NCBI GenBank assembly: GCA_964549435.1
Contig: CAZJVB010000006.1
Coordinates: forward strand, 263 to 64,262
Reading direction: 5' to 3'
Source: an uncultured Ruminococcus sp.
GTDB lineage: Bacteria; Bacillota; Clostridia; Oscillospirales; CAG-382
Length of the DNA: 64,000 nucleotides
The notes under the pieces are model-generated. The model was given only the letters and a program-made list of their open reading frames with translations. It had not been told where the DNA came from and ran no database searches. Shown in pieces: positions 1 to 9,515 of the stretch; position 1 is the stretch's first letter; each line of letters begins with the position of its first letter. The position numbers were made by a program, and so were the translations under genes.

Positions 1-144
1 TTCTCCTCGGCAGCTTCCCATGTTCCATGAGTACAGGTCTCATCCGCCATATCGCTGATCCCTGCCAATAATATGATGATGCCTTGCACCTTGTGGGGTT
101 GAATGACGTAAACGCCTTTTTGTTGCTCGTTCTCTACGATTTTG

Positions 145-1128
145 TCATTCCTGCGGTGATTGTTTTTCAGAGGAAGCTTCTTCGTTTGTTGTTTCCGGAA
201 GCGTTGTTTCCGGTGCGTCGGTTTCGGAGGGGATGGTCGTTCCCATCTCTTCTGTTTCCTCAGAAACGGTTTCGATAGAAGCGGAACGGAATTTTGCGGT
301 ATAGGTCGCTTCTGCGGAAAGTTGCTTTTCTCGGCGTGAAAGCAGAAACAGTCCGACAATACACAGGATCACGGAGCAGATACCGACAAACACGGAGAAT
401 TTCACCTTTCCGCCAAAAATATACAGGCTGTCGGTGCGCAGTAACTCAATCCATGCGCGACCGAAGCCGTACCAACCGAGGTAAAGGCAGATGATTTCAC
501 CGTCAAATTTTTTATGCCGGTAAAAAAGGAAATAAATCAGCAGAACACCGACTAAATTCCAAAGCGATTCATACAAAAAGGTCGGATGACAGACGGTAGT
601 AAAACCGTACTGGTCGGTGATTTCCATACGGCAGAACAACTCCCCAACATGTTCAGAGCTGCCGTACGCCTCTGCGTTGAAAAAGTTTCCCCAGCGACCG
701 ATGATTTGCCCGACCATTACGGCGGGGGCTACTGCGTCCAGCACTTTCAGCGTGCTGATTTTTGCAAAGTGAGTATAGAGAATCACCGTCAGACCGCCGA
801 AAATGACCGCACCGTAAATGGCAAGACCGCCGCCGCGAATATTGATGATTTTCCAGAAATCTCCTTTGTATTGCTCCCAGCTGGTTGCGACGTATACAAA
901 ACGTGCGCCGATAATGGCAATCGGTACAGTAAACAGCGCAAGGTTGTACAGGTGATCCTCCGGAATGTGTTCCTTGTTCTTTGCATAGCGGTAAAACAGA
1001 AGAAATGCGCAGAGAATTCCGATGGTCAAAATGACGCCGTACCACTTGACCTCCAGTCCGAAGACAGTGAAAGCGACCGGATCGATCTCAAATGAGAGAC
1101 CCAGCCCCGGAAATGCGATGGTATTCAT
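145..1128 (-). CDS. lgt: prolipoprotein diacylglyceryl transferase
   Basis: 327-aa multi-TM ORF carrying the Lgt signature GRWGNFFNAEAYG. ATG at 1128. Unusual ~60-aa E/T/S/P-rich C-terminal tail. Confidence 0.92.
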   Translation of the reverse strand: MNTIAFPGLGLSFEIDPVAFTVFGLEVKWYGVILTIGILCAFLLFYRYAKNKEHIPEDHLYNLALFTVPIAIIGARFVYVATSWEQYKGDFWKIINIRGGGLAIYGAVIFGGLTVILYTHFAKISTLKVLDAVAPAVMVGQIIGRWGNFFNAEAYGSSEHVGELFCRMEITDQYGFTTVCHPTFLYESLWNLVGVLLIYFLFYRHKKFDGEIICLYLGWYGFGRAWIELLRTDSLYIFGGKVKFSVFVGICSVILCIVGLFLLSRREKQLSAEATYTAKFRSASIETVSEETEEMGTTIPSETDAPETTLPETTNEEASSEKQSPQE

Positions 1129-1134
1129 GGGGGA

Positions 1135-2433
1135 TCAATCCTTTCCGTGTTCTTTGGGGTAGACAACGCTCATTGCGCAGCGATCCGTGCGGATCGTGCA
1201 GCGGAAAATTTCCATGGCTTCCGTGTAATCGATTTCGGAAAGAAGCGCAGAGTAAGCAAGATAGTCGCCTCCGTTCTGCCAAAAGCTCATGAACGTGTTG
1301 GCGATATCGTCTGTGGAGTCAAAGTTGAAAAGGTTGTTTGCATAGACGACGCGTTTGGCGATTGCAAATTCCTCCGGCGTGAAGTATCGCTCTCGCCGGT
1401 CATCAATTTCCGAGCAAACAGCGTCCCGGAGTGCTTTCGGGTTGCTGCAATACGCACTGATCTCTGTAAAGGCGATGCCGCGTTCCTGCAGGTAGCTGCC
1501 GCTGAACTTGTCACTGATCAGTCCGCTTTCGTACAGACGATTGTAAAATTCACTGGATTTGCCGAACAGCAGCTGCATGGTAATCGCGTTTGCCGCAGAA
1601 ATGCGCATCGCTTTCTCCGGGTCTTCAACCGGTACATCCTTGAAGCCGATTTCGACGATCGGCTGGGCAATTTCGAATGTCGCCTCTGCCAATTGCTCAC
1701 GAACCTCCTCCGGTTCCTCCGGAAACACGCGTTCAATGGTCTGCTCAGGAGAAATATGTGTCAAAACCTTGTCGCATACGACTCCCACCTGTTCCGGCAA
1801 AACATTGCCGCAGACTACCAGTGCCATGTTGCGTAGGTTATAGAAGGTATTCGTGCAGCGGTACAGCATGTCCGGTGTGATTTGTGCAATAGATTCCCGC
1901 GTACCGACGATGCTGCGACGGACCGGATGGTTGTGGTACATCGCTTTTAGAAGGTTGAAAAACACGCACCAGCCCGGATTGTCATCGTACATGGCGATTT
2001 CCTCGCCGATGATGCCCTGCTCCTTCCGGATAGTCGTTTCGGAAAAATAGGGATGGGAAACAAAGTCCAGAAGAATTTCCAGATTTTGATCGAAGTTTTC
2101 CGTACAGGAAAACAGATAGCAGGTTCGATCAAAGGATGTGAACGCATTGGCAGAGGCGCCTGTCGCTGCATACCGTGCAAACGCATCCTGCCCGTTCTCG
2201 TCCTCAAACATTTTATGCTCTAAGAAATGCGCAACACCGTCCGGGAGCTCCTGATATTCCGCATCGCGCTCTGTTTTGAACTTGACGTCTATGGAGCCGT
2301 ACCGCGTTCCGAAAAGGGCATAGGATGCGGAATGTTTTTTCGGTATCACATAGATCGAAAGCCCGCTGGGGTGCCGGCTGTAAAAGTAGGATTCACCAAG
2401 CGTTTCATCCCGGAATTGCTCAAATCGGCTCAT
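1135..2433 (-). CDS. M16 (pitrilysin) family zinc metallopeptidase, catalytic-type subunit
   Basis: 432-aa ORF with the inverted zinc motif HFLEH (HxxEH). ATG at 2433 preceded by AAAGGA. Stop lies 6 nt from the lgt start. Confidence 0.88.
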   Translation of the reverse strand: MSRFEQFRDETLGESYFYSRHPSGLSIYVIPKKHSASYALFGTRYGSIDVKFKTERDAEYQELPDGVAHFLEHKMFEDENGQDAFARYAATGASANAFTSFDRTCYLFSCTENFDQNLEILLDFVSHPYFSETTIRKEQGIIGEEIAMYDDNPGWCVFFNLLKAMYHNHPVRRSIVGTRESIAQITPDMLYRCTNTFYNLRNMALVVCGNVLPEQVGVVCDKVLTHISPEQTIERVFPEEPEEVREQLAEATFEIAQPIVEIGFKDVPVEDPEKAMRISAANAITMQLLFGKSSEFYNRLYESGLISDKFSGSYLQERGIAFTEISAYCSNPKALRDAVCSEIDDRRERYFTPEEFAIAKRVVYANNLFNFDSTDDIANTFMSFWQNGGDYLAYSALLSEIDYTEAMEIFRCTIRTDRCAMSVVYPKEHGKD

Positions 2434-2450
2434 GCTGCTGCCATCCTTTC

Positions 2451-3737
2451 TTACGGTTCTCCGTCCGGGGACGGAGAGCTTCCCTCCAGATAGTAAACGG
2501 TGTCCAAATGAATCCCGTTTGCCACACGAACGATATCATCTACGCTGACCGTATAGATTGCTGCTGCCGCTTCCTCCGGGGAATCGGTGCGTCCGACGCT
2601 GATGCGTCCGAGATACCACGCGCAGATAGAAGCGGGGCTGTCCGTGATCTCCCGATATCCATTGCGCAGGGAACGGCGGGCAGTTTCCAAATCCTCTTCC
2701 GTTACGTTGCCGGCACGCAGAGCTTCCAATTGCTCCAGAACTGCCTCCAGCGCTGCCTGCTTGTTTTTCTGTTCGATACCGCTGACCACCATCAGCAGCC
2801 CTTTCAGTGCGTCCGGATAGCTGGAACAATAATAGCAAAGACTTTTTTCTTCCCGCACATGCAGGAATAGACGGCTGTTAGGAGAGCCCCCGAAGATTTC
2901 GTTGAACAGTGCCATGGGAGTGTAGTTTCCTTCCTGCAGAGTATAGGTCGTGCGGAATCCCATGGTCAGCTTGCACTGTGAAATCCGGAGTTGCTCGGTA
3001 ACCGTGCGCGGCTGCTGTGGCATCGCACCCGGTAAGGTCGGGGGAAAGGACGCGCTGCGCGGTGTAAAAGGAAGATACCGCCTGCAAAGGGAGGCGACCG
3101 TTTCCTCTGATTTGCTGCCGACGTAAAAGAGCTCCACTTTTGCTTTGGAAAGCAGAGAAGTATACGCCTCCCACAAGGAAGCGGCATGTAGTGCTTCCAC
3201 ATCTTCCAGACAGCCGCCGTGATCGACCGCATAAGCTTCTCCCTTACACATCAGCTCGATGCATCGGTTGCGGGCGTAGACGGTTTTGTTGTTGATATGG
3301 GATCGGATATCATCCGAAAGGTTTTTCTTTTCCTGCTCTACATATTCTTTGCAGAATATCCCGTTTTCCGTGCGCGGATGAAAAATCAGCTCTTGGAGCA
3401 GTTTCATCCCTTCCTCCAGCACTGGCATGCCGTCAAATGCATAGGCATCATCAATACAGGTCAGTTCGAAAGTGACGATCTGTGCTTCCCCTTTTTTCTG
3501 CACGTAAGCGCCGAGACCGAGAGAATACAACTCATCCTGCTTGCGGTTTAGCGCTTTCATCGTAGGATACTGCTCGGTGCCGCGCATTAGGACGTCGGTC
3601 AACAGGGAATAGGAGGAAGCGGTTTCCTTTCGCAGCGGGACGAACAGGTGGACCGTGAGGTAATCGGTCTTGAAGCGGTCGGTAGTAACCGTATTCAGGA
3701 AAACGCTGTTACAAAGTGCGGCTCTGCAAAGCTTCAT
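2451..3737 (-). CDS. M16 family peptidase-like protein, probable non-catalytic partner
   Basis: 428-aa ORF of M16-like length directly upstream of the HxxEH subunit. No HxxEH motif visible. The paired arrangement is typical of M16B heterodimers. Confidence 0.75.
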   Translation of the reverse strand: MKLCRAALCNSVFLNTVTTDRFKTDYLTVHLFVPLRKETASSYSLLTDVLMRGTEQYPTMKALNRKQDELYSLGLGAYVQKKGEAQIVTFELTCIDDAYAFDGMPVLEEGMKLLQELIFHPRTENGIFCKEYVEQEKKNLSDDIRSHINNKTVYARNRCIELMCKGEAYAVDHGGCLEDVEALHAASLWEAYTSLLSKAKVELFYVGSKSEETVASLCRRYLPFTPRSASFPPTLPGAMPQQPRTVTEQLRISQCKLTMGFRTTYTLQEGNYTPMALFNEIFGGSPNSRLFLHVREEKSLCYYCSSYPDALKGLLMVVSGIEQKNKQAALEAVLEQLEALRAGNVTEEDLETARRSLRNGYREITDSPASICAWYLGRISVGRTDSPEEAAAAIYTVSVDDIVRVANGIHLDTVYYLEGSSPSPDGEP

Positions 3738-3740
3738 ATG

Positions 3741-4931
3741 CTAACAAGTCCCTTCCTTTTTTTGATAGATCGGCTCCCCGCCGAGGACAGTGGCAACGAT
3801 TTGAATATCGTCATCAAAAACTGCGAGATCGGCGCGGTATCCCGGCTGGAGCATACCGCGTTCCCGGATGCCGAACAGTCTTGCAGGCGTCGCGGTCATC
3901 ATGCAGACAGCAGAGCATAGGTCCGCTCCTGCAAGATTTTTCATGTTGCGAACTAGCCGGTCGGCAGTAGCAACACTGCCGGCGAATGCCTTCCGGTCCG
4001 GCAGTTTGGCGACGCCGTCCTCGATAAAGCATTCCTGCCCGTTGGTCAGCGAACCAAGGATAGTGCGTCCCTCCGTCTGTCCGGCACCGCGCATCGCATC
4101 CGTGACAAGAACGGTGCGATGGACCCCTTTAGATCGGTAGACAAGCTGCAGTAGTGTTTCGGGGAGATGCTTGCCGTCGGCAATGATCTCCACCGTCAGC
4201 TCATCATACAGATAGCCTGCTTCAACCAAACCGGGGTAGCGATAGCCGTTGATGCGTACAATGCTGCTCATGCCGCTGTAAAAATGGGTGAGGTGCGTAT
4301 ACCCGTGGGAAATCGCCTCTTTGGCAATATCAATGGTTGCATTGGAATGCCCCATGGACGCGTGCACGCCGCGTTTTTTCAGTTCGTCGCCCAGCTCCAT
4401 TGCGCCGTCCAACTCCGGCGCGATCGTCCAACGGGTGATGCATCCATCTGCAGCATCTAAAATTTTACGGTAATGGTCAGGCGTCGGCTTTTGCAGGTAT
4501 TTTTCGTCCTGCGCGCCCTTTTGATCCGCGGAAAAATAAGGACCCTCCAAATGCATACCGTAAAGATATGCGCCGGGATAGACCGTGCTCTGCACCTTGC
4601 GCAGTGTAACGAAAGACTCCAGCAGTTCCTCATCCGGACAGGTCAGCGTAGTGGGCAGAATGGTGGTGGTGCCGTGCTGCGCATGTAGCGTAGCAGCGCC
4701 GATAAATGCCTCTGCGGTTCCGTCCATATAGTCAAATCCGCCGCCTCCGTGCTGATGTACATCGATGAAGCCGGGGGAAAGGTAGTAACCGGTATAATCG
4801 TATACGGTATACTGTGCGTCGTCGTTTTTTTGTTTTCCGGCGTATGTGATTACGCCGCCTTCGCAGCAGATTTCACCGTTTTTTACGACGGCATTGGGAA
4901 ATAGAAGGTTGCCTTTGTATTTGTATTTCAT
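3741..4931 (-). CDS. nagA: N-acetylglucosamine-6-phosphate deacetylase-like amidohydrolase
   Basis: Metal motif HQHGGGGFDYMDG, plus HLEGPY and a C-terminal GYRADL...D segment typical of NagA. Start set at the internal ATG 4931 (MKYKYKG...), because the longer track ORF would overlap ispF with an R/G-rich extension. Confidence 0.72.
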   Translation of the reverse strand: MKYKYKGNLLFPNAVVKNGEICCEGGVITYAGKQKNDDAQYTVYDYTGYYLSPGFIDVHQHGGGGFDYMDGTAEAFIGAATLHAQHGTTTILPTTLTCPDEELLESFVTLRKVQSTVYPGAYLYGMHLEGPYFSADQKGAQDEKYLQKPTPDHYRKILDAADGCITRWTIAPELDGAMELGDELKKRGVHASMGHSNATIDIAKEAISHGYTHLTHFYSGMSSIVRINGYRYPGLVEAGYLYDELTVEIIADGKHLPETLLQLVYRSKGVHRTVLVTDAMRGAGQTEGRTILGSLTNGQECFIEDGVAKLPDRKAFAGSVATADRLVRNMKNLAGADLCSAVCMMTATPARLFGIRERGMLQPGYRADLAVFDDDIQIVATVLGGEPIYQKKEGTC

Positions 4932-4951
4932 AACGGATTTATGCCTGCCTT

Positions 4952-5470
4952 TCAAAGCCTTATGGGAGATTCGCGCGGTTCGGCCCTTCGGGTACTGTCT
5001 TCCTCCAGCAATACCACGGCACTTGCCGCAATGCCTTCTTCCCGTCCGGAAAACCCCAACCCTTCTTCTGTAGTCGCCTTGATGCTGATACGGTCGATCG
5101 GAACCTTTAGACCTTTCGCAATCGCTTGCCGCATCTGCGGAAGGTAGGGAGCCAGCTTCGGTTGCTGTGCAATGATCGTGGCATCCAGATTTCCTACCGT
5201 ATAGCCGCACTCCCAAAGCAGTTTTCTGCAGCTCTGCAGCAGAATAAGAGATGAAATCCCTTCATAAGCCGGATCATGATCCGGGAAATGTGTTCCGATA
5301 TCGCCCAGCGCAGCCGCCCCCAAAAGTGCATCACAGATAGCGTGCAGCAGGACATCCGCGTCGGAATGTCCCAGAAGGCCCTTGGGATGCGGAATCTCTA
5401 CTCCGCCGAGGATCAGTTTTCTGCCTTCAATCAGCCGATGGACGTCATAGCCCTGTCCGATGCGGATCAT
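4952..5470 (-). CDS. ispF: 2-C-methyl-D-erythritol 2,4-cyclodiphosphate synthase
   Basis: N-terminus [13 protein letters not shown]...[19 protein letters not shown] is the canonical IspF signature. ATGA overlap with the ispD stop. Confidence 0.93.
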   Translation of the reverse strand: MIRIGQGYDVHRLIEGRKLILGGVEIPHPKGLLGHSDADVLLHAICDALLGAAALGDIGTHFPDHDPAYEGISSLILLQSCRKLLWECGYTVGNLDATIIAQQPKLAPYLPQMRQAIAKGLKVPIDRISIKATTEEGLGFSGREEGIAASAVVLLEEDSTRRAEPRESPIRL

Positions 5471-6180
5471 ATCTGGGATTCCTCCGATTTCTGAATGGAA
5501 AGGATCGCGCGTGCGAGCGTTATATCCTCACGGGTGGTCAGCTTGATGTTGCGCGCGTCCGTGTGTACATATGTCACCGATACACCCGCCGCCTCCAACA
5601 TGGAAGTTTCATCGGTGTAAGCATCTGCGCGGGATTGTCGCAATGCCAGCGCATATGCCACCTCGTACTGATCGTGTCGGAATACCTGCGGCGTCTGGAT
5701 AGCGAGTAAGTGCTTCCGTTTAGGGGTATAGATGGCGTGATGCTCCTCATCCACGAATTTGATAGTATCCGTGACCGGAGAACATGCGGTGGCCGCACCG
5801 CTCGTTTTTGCCGCTTCGATCACGGTATCAATGAGCTCTGCCGTGACGAATGGTCGGGCACAATCGTGCACACAAAGCAATCGGTCTTTGGCTTCGATTG
5901 AGCAGGCACCGGCGAATACGGATTGGCTGCGGGTTTTTCCGCCGTCACAGAAACGAACTGGCTTACCTGCTGTCGGTACCGTTTGCGCAATCATTTGCAA
6001 GCGTTCACGGTTTGCTCCGCAGACGACGGTGATGTCGTAGACAGAGGAGGCGAGAAAGGTTTCTAACACCCGTTCCAGCAGTGTTTTTCCATTCAGCTTG
6101 ATTTCCGGCTTAGAAATGCCGCCCATTCTTGTCCCGCCGCCTGCGGCGACAATGATGGCGCTGACGGCAGGAATGCGCAT
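5467..6180 (-). CDS. ispD: 2-C-methyl-D-erythritol 4-phosphate cytidylyltransferase
   Basis: [12 protein letters not shown] nucleotide-binding motif. Start trimmed to ATG 6180 ([10 protein letters not shown]...) so it does not overlap the upstream oxidoreductase gamma subunit. Coupled to ispF. Confidence 0.9.
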   Translation of the reverse strand: MRIPAVSAIIVAAGGGTRMGGISKPEIKLNGKTLLERVLETFLASSVYDITVVCGANRERLQMIAQTVPTAGKPVRFCDGGKTRSQSVFAGACSIEAKDRLLCVHDCARPFVTAELIDTVIEAAKTSGAATACSPVTDTIKFVDEEHHAIYTPKRKHLLAIQTPQVFRHDQYEVAYALALRQSRADAYTDETSMLEAAGVSVTYVHTDARNIKLTTREDITLARAILSIQKSEESQI

Positions 6181-6187
6181 CCCGCTT

Positions 6188-6745
6188 TCAGTTTTTGCTT
6201 TCGTGTTCATATTCATAGCCGATGGTGAAGGCTCTGGCATTCATTTCCCCTAACTCCGGGCGCGACTTCGGAGAAGCGGCACGGATGCTGTCGCGGAAGA
6301 AAGAAAACTCGAATAAGCCGGTTACTCTGACGAGGCGACCGAGCATGATACAGTTTGCCAGCTTGGGGAACCCGTTTTCGTTCGCCAGACCGGTAGCGGG
6401 AATGCCAAAGATATGAAGATCGTTCCGGTCGGTGTCTGCCGCCTCCTGCGAAGTAATCAGTGTTTCGTCGTAGACCACGGTGCCGCCCTGCTCGACCTTT
6501 GGCAGGAACTTTTCGAAAGAGGGCTTGTTCATCGCGATCAGGATTTCCGGTGTGGTGACCAAGGGAGAGCCGATAGGCTCATCGTCAATATTGACGGAGC
6601 AGTTGCAGGTGCCGCCGCGCATTTCCGGTCCGTAAGAAGGAAGCCAGCTGACTTCTTTACCGTTCTTCATGCCCGCGACGATCAGCTGCTTTCCGGCAAA
6701 CAGAATTCCCTGCCCGCCGAAGCCTGCGAGAAGAATCCCAGCCAT
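6188..6745 (-). CDS. 2-oxoacid:ferredoxin oxidoreductase, gamma subunit
   Basis: 185 aa. N-terminal [12 protein letters not shown] motif of the POR/KOR gamma family. Start overlaps the beta-subunit stop. Confidence 0.85.
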   Translation of the reverse strand: MAGILLAGFGGQGILFAGKQLIVAGMKNGKEVSWLPSYGPEMRGGTCNCSVNIDDEPIGSPLVTTPEILIAMNKPSFEKFLPKVEQGGTVVYDETLITSQEAADTDRNDLHIFGIPATGLANENGFPKLANCIMLGRLVRVTGLFEFSFFRDSIRAASPKSRPELGEMNARAFTIGYEYEHESKN

Positions 6746-7494
6746 CAGTCATGTTCCTCCTTTGTGATATCCTTATAAACGCCCAGCGGATAATGCTTCA
6801 TCATATTTTCGCGTAGCCACTCCATAGCCCGTTCCGGAGAAAGCCCCCAATTGGTCGGGCAGGTAGAAAGCACCTCTACAAGAGACAGCCCCTTCCGCTC
6901 CTGCTGCATCTGAAATGCCTTGCGAATGGCTCTTTTGGCGTTCTGCACGTTCCTGACGCAGTCTACCGACACGCGTTCTGCATATGCGGTACCATCTAAA
7001 GTTGCCATCATTTCACAGACGCGGATCGGGTTCCCCTGCAACAGCTTGTCCCTGCCGTAGGGAGAAGTCGTTGTAACCTGTCCGAGCAGCGTAGTAGGCG
7101 CCATTTGTCCGCCAGTCATGCCGTAGATGGCGTTGTTGATAAAAATGATGGTGATGTTTTCTCCTCTTGCACCGACATGAACGGTTTCTGCCGTGCCGAT
7201 GGCGGCGAGATCTCCGTCCCCCTGGTAGGTAAAGACGGTGAGATCAGGATGCGCGCGCTTGACGCCGGTCGCAACAGCCGGGGCGCGGCCGTGGGCGGCT
7301 TCAATCATGTCACAGTTAAAATAGTTGTAGGCAAAAACGGCGCACCCAACCGGCGCGACGCCGACCGTTGTGCCTTCAATCCCCAGTTCATCGAGAACCT
7401 CTGCGACAAGACGGTGAACAATCCCGTGCGTACAGCCGGGACAATAGTGGAAGGGTGCGTCCGTCAGTGCGTGTGGTTTTTCAAAAACGATCAT
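6745..7494 (-). CDS. 2-oxoacid:ferredoxin oxidoreductase, beta (TPP-binding) subunit
   Basis: 249 aa. CPGC cysteine motif and YQGDGDLAAIG TPP-binding motif. Overlaps the alpha-subunit stop. Confidence 0.88.
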   Translation of the reverse strand: MIVFEKPHALTDAPFHYCPGCTHGIVHRLVAEVLDELGIEGTTVGVAPVGCAVFAYNYFNCDMIEAAHGRAPAVATGVKRAHPDLTVFTYQGDGDLAAIGTAETVHVGARGENITIIFINNAIYGMTGGQMAPTTLLGQVTTTSPYGRDKLLQGNPIRVCEMMATLDGTAYAERVSVDCVRNVQNAKRAIRKAFQMQQERKGLSLVEVLSTCPTNWGLSPERAMEWLRENMMKHYPLGVYKDITKEEHD

Positions 7495-8564
7495 CCGTTA
7501 TCACCTCCGTCAGAAACGGTCAGACGAATATGAGCGAGAATTTCATCTGGGGTAGGGATCATGCCTCCGGTTCGACCAAAATGAGCGACGGGACGCGAAC
7601 AATCGATGGCAAGTTTCACGTCACCAAGCATCTGTCCCATATTCATTTCTACAGAGAGAAATCTGCTTGTCGTTTTTGCCAGTGCCTTCAACTCTCCATT
7701 CGGAAAGGGCCAAAGGGTGATGGGGCGGAACAACCCTGCTTTGATTCCCTGCTCTCTTGCCATACGGACGGCAGTTCTGGCGATACGGGCGGTGATGCCA
7801 TAGGCGACGACAACCAGCTCTGCATCCTCTGTCAGGTAAGTTTCGTACTGAACCTCCCGCTTTTCGATCTCCGCGTAGCGACGGAAGCGGTCGATAACCG
7901 TCTGCTCCAGTTCCTCCGGGGAGATATAGAGAGAGTTGACAACGGTATGTTCGCGGGTACCGCGGTGACCGTCGGTCGCCCAAGTTTTTGCCGGAATCTT
8001 GCGCGGGGTGTGCGCTTCAAAATCTACCGGCTCCATCATTTGCCCAAGGGCGCCGTCAGCGAGAATCATACAGGGCGTGCGGTAAATGTCTGCCAGATCA
8101 AATGCTTCCCCGGTCAGAGAAGCCATTTCCTGTACGGAAGCAGGTGCGAGCACGATCACGTGCTGATCGCCGTGTCCGAGTCCGCGGATCGCCTGATTAT
8201 AATCAGACTGCGCCGGCTGGATGCCGCCGAGCCCGGGACCGCCGCGCTGAATATTGACAAGGACGCAGGGCAGGTCGGAACCGATGAGATAGGAAATTCC
8301 TTCACTCATCAGGGAGATGCCGGGAGAGGAAGTGGATGTGATGCAGCGTGCACCGGAAGCAGCGGCACCGTAGATCATATTGATGGCGGAAACCTCGCTT
8401 TCCGCCTGCAGACATAGACCGTCCCGTTTGGGGAGCTGCCTTGCCATGTATTCCGCGAGCTCTGTTTGCGGAGTGATGGGATATCCGAAGAACAGCTTGC
8501 AGCCGGCGCGAATGGCAGCCTCGGCAAGCGCCTCGTTTCCCTTCATCAGTAATTTTTCACCCAT
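7491..8564 (-). CDS. 2-oxoacid:ferredoxin oxidoreductase, alpha subunit
   Basis: Start set at ATG 8564 (MGEKLLMKGNEALAEAAIRAGC..., typical KorA/PorA N-terminus) with AAAGGGA 8 nt upstream. The longer track ORF has an R-rich extension. Confidence 0.88.
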   Translation of the reverse strand: MGEKLLMKGNEALAEAAIRAGCKLFFGYPITPQTELAEYMARQLPKRDGLCLQAESEVSAINMIYGAAASGARCITSTSSPGISLMSEGISYLIGSDLPCVLVNIQRGGPGLGGIQPAQSDYNQAIRGLGHGDQHVIVLAPASVQEMASLTGEAFDLADIYRTPCMILADGALGQMMEPVDFEAHTPRKIPAKTWATDGHRGTREHTVVNSLYISPEELEQTVIDRFRRYAEIEKREVQYETYLTEDAELVVVAYGITARIARTAVRMAREQGIKAGLFRPITLWPFPNGELKALAKTTSRFLSVEMNMGQMLGDVKLAIDCSRPVAHFGRTGGMIPTPDEILAHIRLTVSDGGDNG

Positions 8565-8590
8565 GATTTTCTGTCCCTTTCTTTTCCGCC

Positions 8591-8803
8591 TTAAACAGAT
8601 TTTTCTACCGTAATGACCAGATCCGGGCACATGGTTGCGCACATAGCGCAGCCGAGACATTTGCTCATATCTTTGACGCCGGCGGGATGATATCCCTTTG
8701 CGTTGATGAGTACCTCTTCCAATGCGATGATTTTTTTCGGACAGGCAAGGACACAAAGTCCGCAGCCCTTGCAGCGATCGGTTCTGAATGTGACCTGATT
8801 CAT
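8591..8803 (-). CDS. 2-oxoacid:ferredoxin oxidoreductase delta subunit (2x[4Fe-4S] ferredoxin)
   Basis: 70 aa from ATG 8803. Two CxxCxxCxxxCP motifs (CKGCGLCVLACP, CLGCAMCATMCP). First gene of the four-subunit operon. Confidence 0.85.
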   Translation of the reverse strand: MNQVTFRTDRCKGCGLCVLACPKKIIALEEVLINAKGYHPAGVKDMSKCLGCAMCATMCPDLVITVEKSV

Positions 8804-8855
8804 GATTGTGGAACCTTTCTTGTCGGTATTCTTCCCTTTTTGTATTTTATCATTG

Positions 8856-9515
8856 TTAAAAAAGCCTGCGCGTGACACTGCGGATCGGAACGGCGCCTGC
8901 CGGTGCATTTTGCGGAAACGCGGTCACCGCCGAGATCGGAAGTCCGATTTCCCTGCAGAAGGCTTCGCAGGGTGCAATGGAAGCACGAACGTCTTCCTCT
9001 GTCGTCTCTTCGCCAAGATTCGAATTATTGATGATGCCGCAGAACTGCAGGTGTGAGGCCTGTTCGATTCCGCGCAGCAACTCCGACGCAGCACGCGGGT
9101 CTGAAGCGTATGGGCGGTAATAGTTATAAACATAGTACATGGAATACCCACAGGTTTTATACTGCGTATGGTGTACGCCGAGCGCGTTCGCCCCGTCGGC
9201 ATCACCGCCGACATCGATCACGGCGTATTCTTTTGTTACGAATACGGAGCCGTATTCCTTAGGCAGCGTAGGGATATCTACATTCGTATTGGCAAATTCC
9301 GGAAGGATCGGGCGGACGCCCGCATCCCGCAGAAGCTGTTCATTATCTGCCGAGCGGAAATAAGGGTTTACGATATCCAAATCGACCAGACAGCAGGGCT
9401 TACCGCTTTCCGCAATCTTCAGTGCTAAATTGACGGCAATGTTGGTTTTTCCGCAGCCATAATGACCGGCAATGACAGTGATGCGATTTTTCAGTAAGCG
9501 GTTCAAGTCCATCAT
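8856..9515 (-). CDS. P-loop NTPase (MinD/ParA/CooC-like), function unknown
   Basis: Start at MMDLNRLL (ATG 9515), overlapping the U32 stop. Walker A GHYGCGKT followed by an LVDLD Walker-B-like segment. Confidence 0.6.
   Translation of the reverse strand: MMDLNRLLKNRITVIAGHYGCGKTNIAVNLALKIAESGKPCCLVDLDIVNPYFRSADNEQLLRDAGVRPILPEFANTNVDIPTLPKEYGSVFVTKEYAVIDVGGDADGANALGVHHTQYKTCGYSMYYVYNYYRPYASDPRAASELLRGIEQASHLQFCGIINNSNLGEETTEEDVRASIAPCEAFCREIGLPISAVTAFPQNAPAGAVPIRSVTRRLF

Noticed and set aside
1-50. Possible 5' end of another minus-strand CDS (ATG at 50, MADETCTHGTWEAAEE..., AGGGA 9 nt upstream) running off the left edge.
   Set aside because: Only 16 codons are visible. With no motif and no stop, it is too short to support as a feature.
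4932-5216. 95-codon N-terminal extension of the nagA-like ORF in the track (3741-5216), overlapping ispF.
   Set aside because: The extension is R/G/C-rich, overlaps the well-supported ispF on the same strand, and lies upstream of a start (MKYKYKG) that matches NagA-like N-termini. Similar over-long track starts were trimmed for ispD, korA, korD, the P-loop gene, the U32 gene, sepF, divIVA, lspA, rluD, the antiporter, the NUDIX fusion and others.
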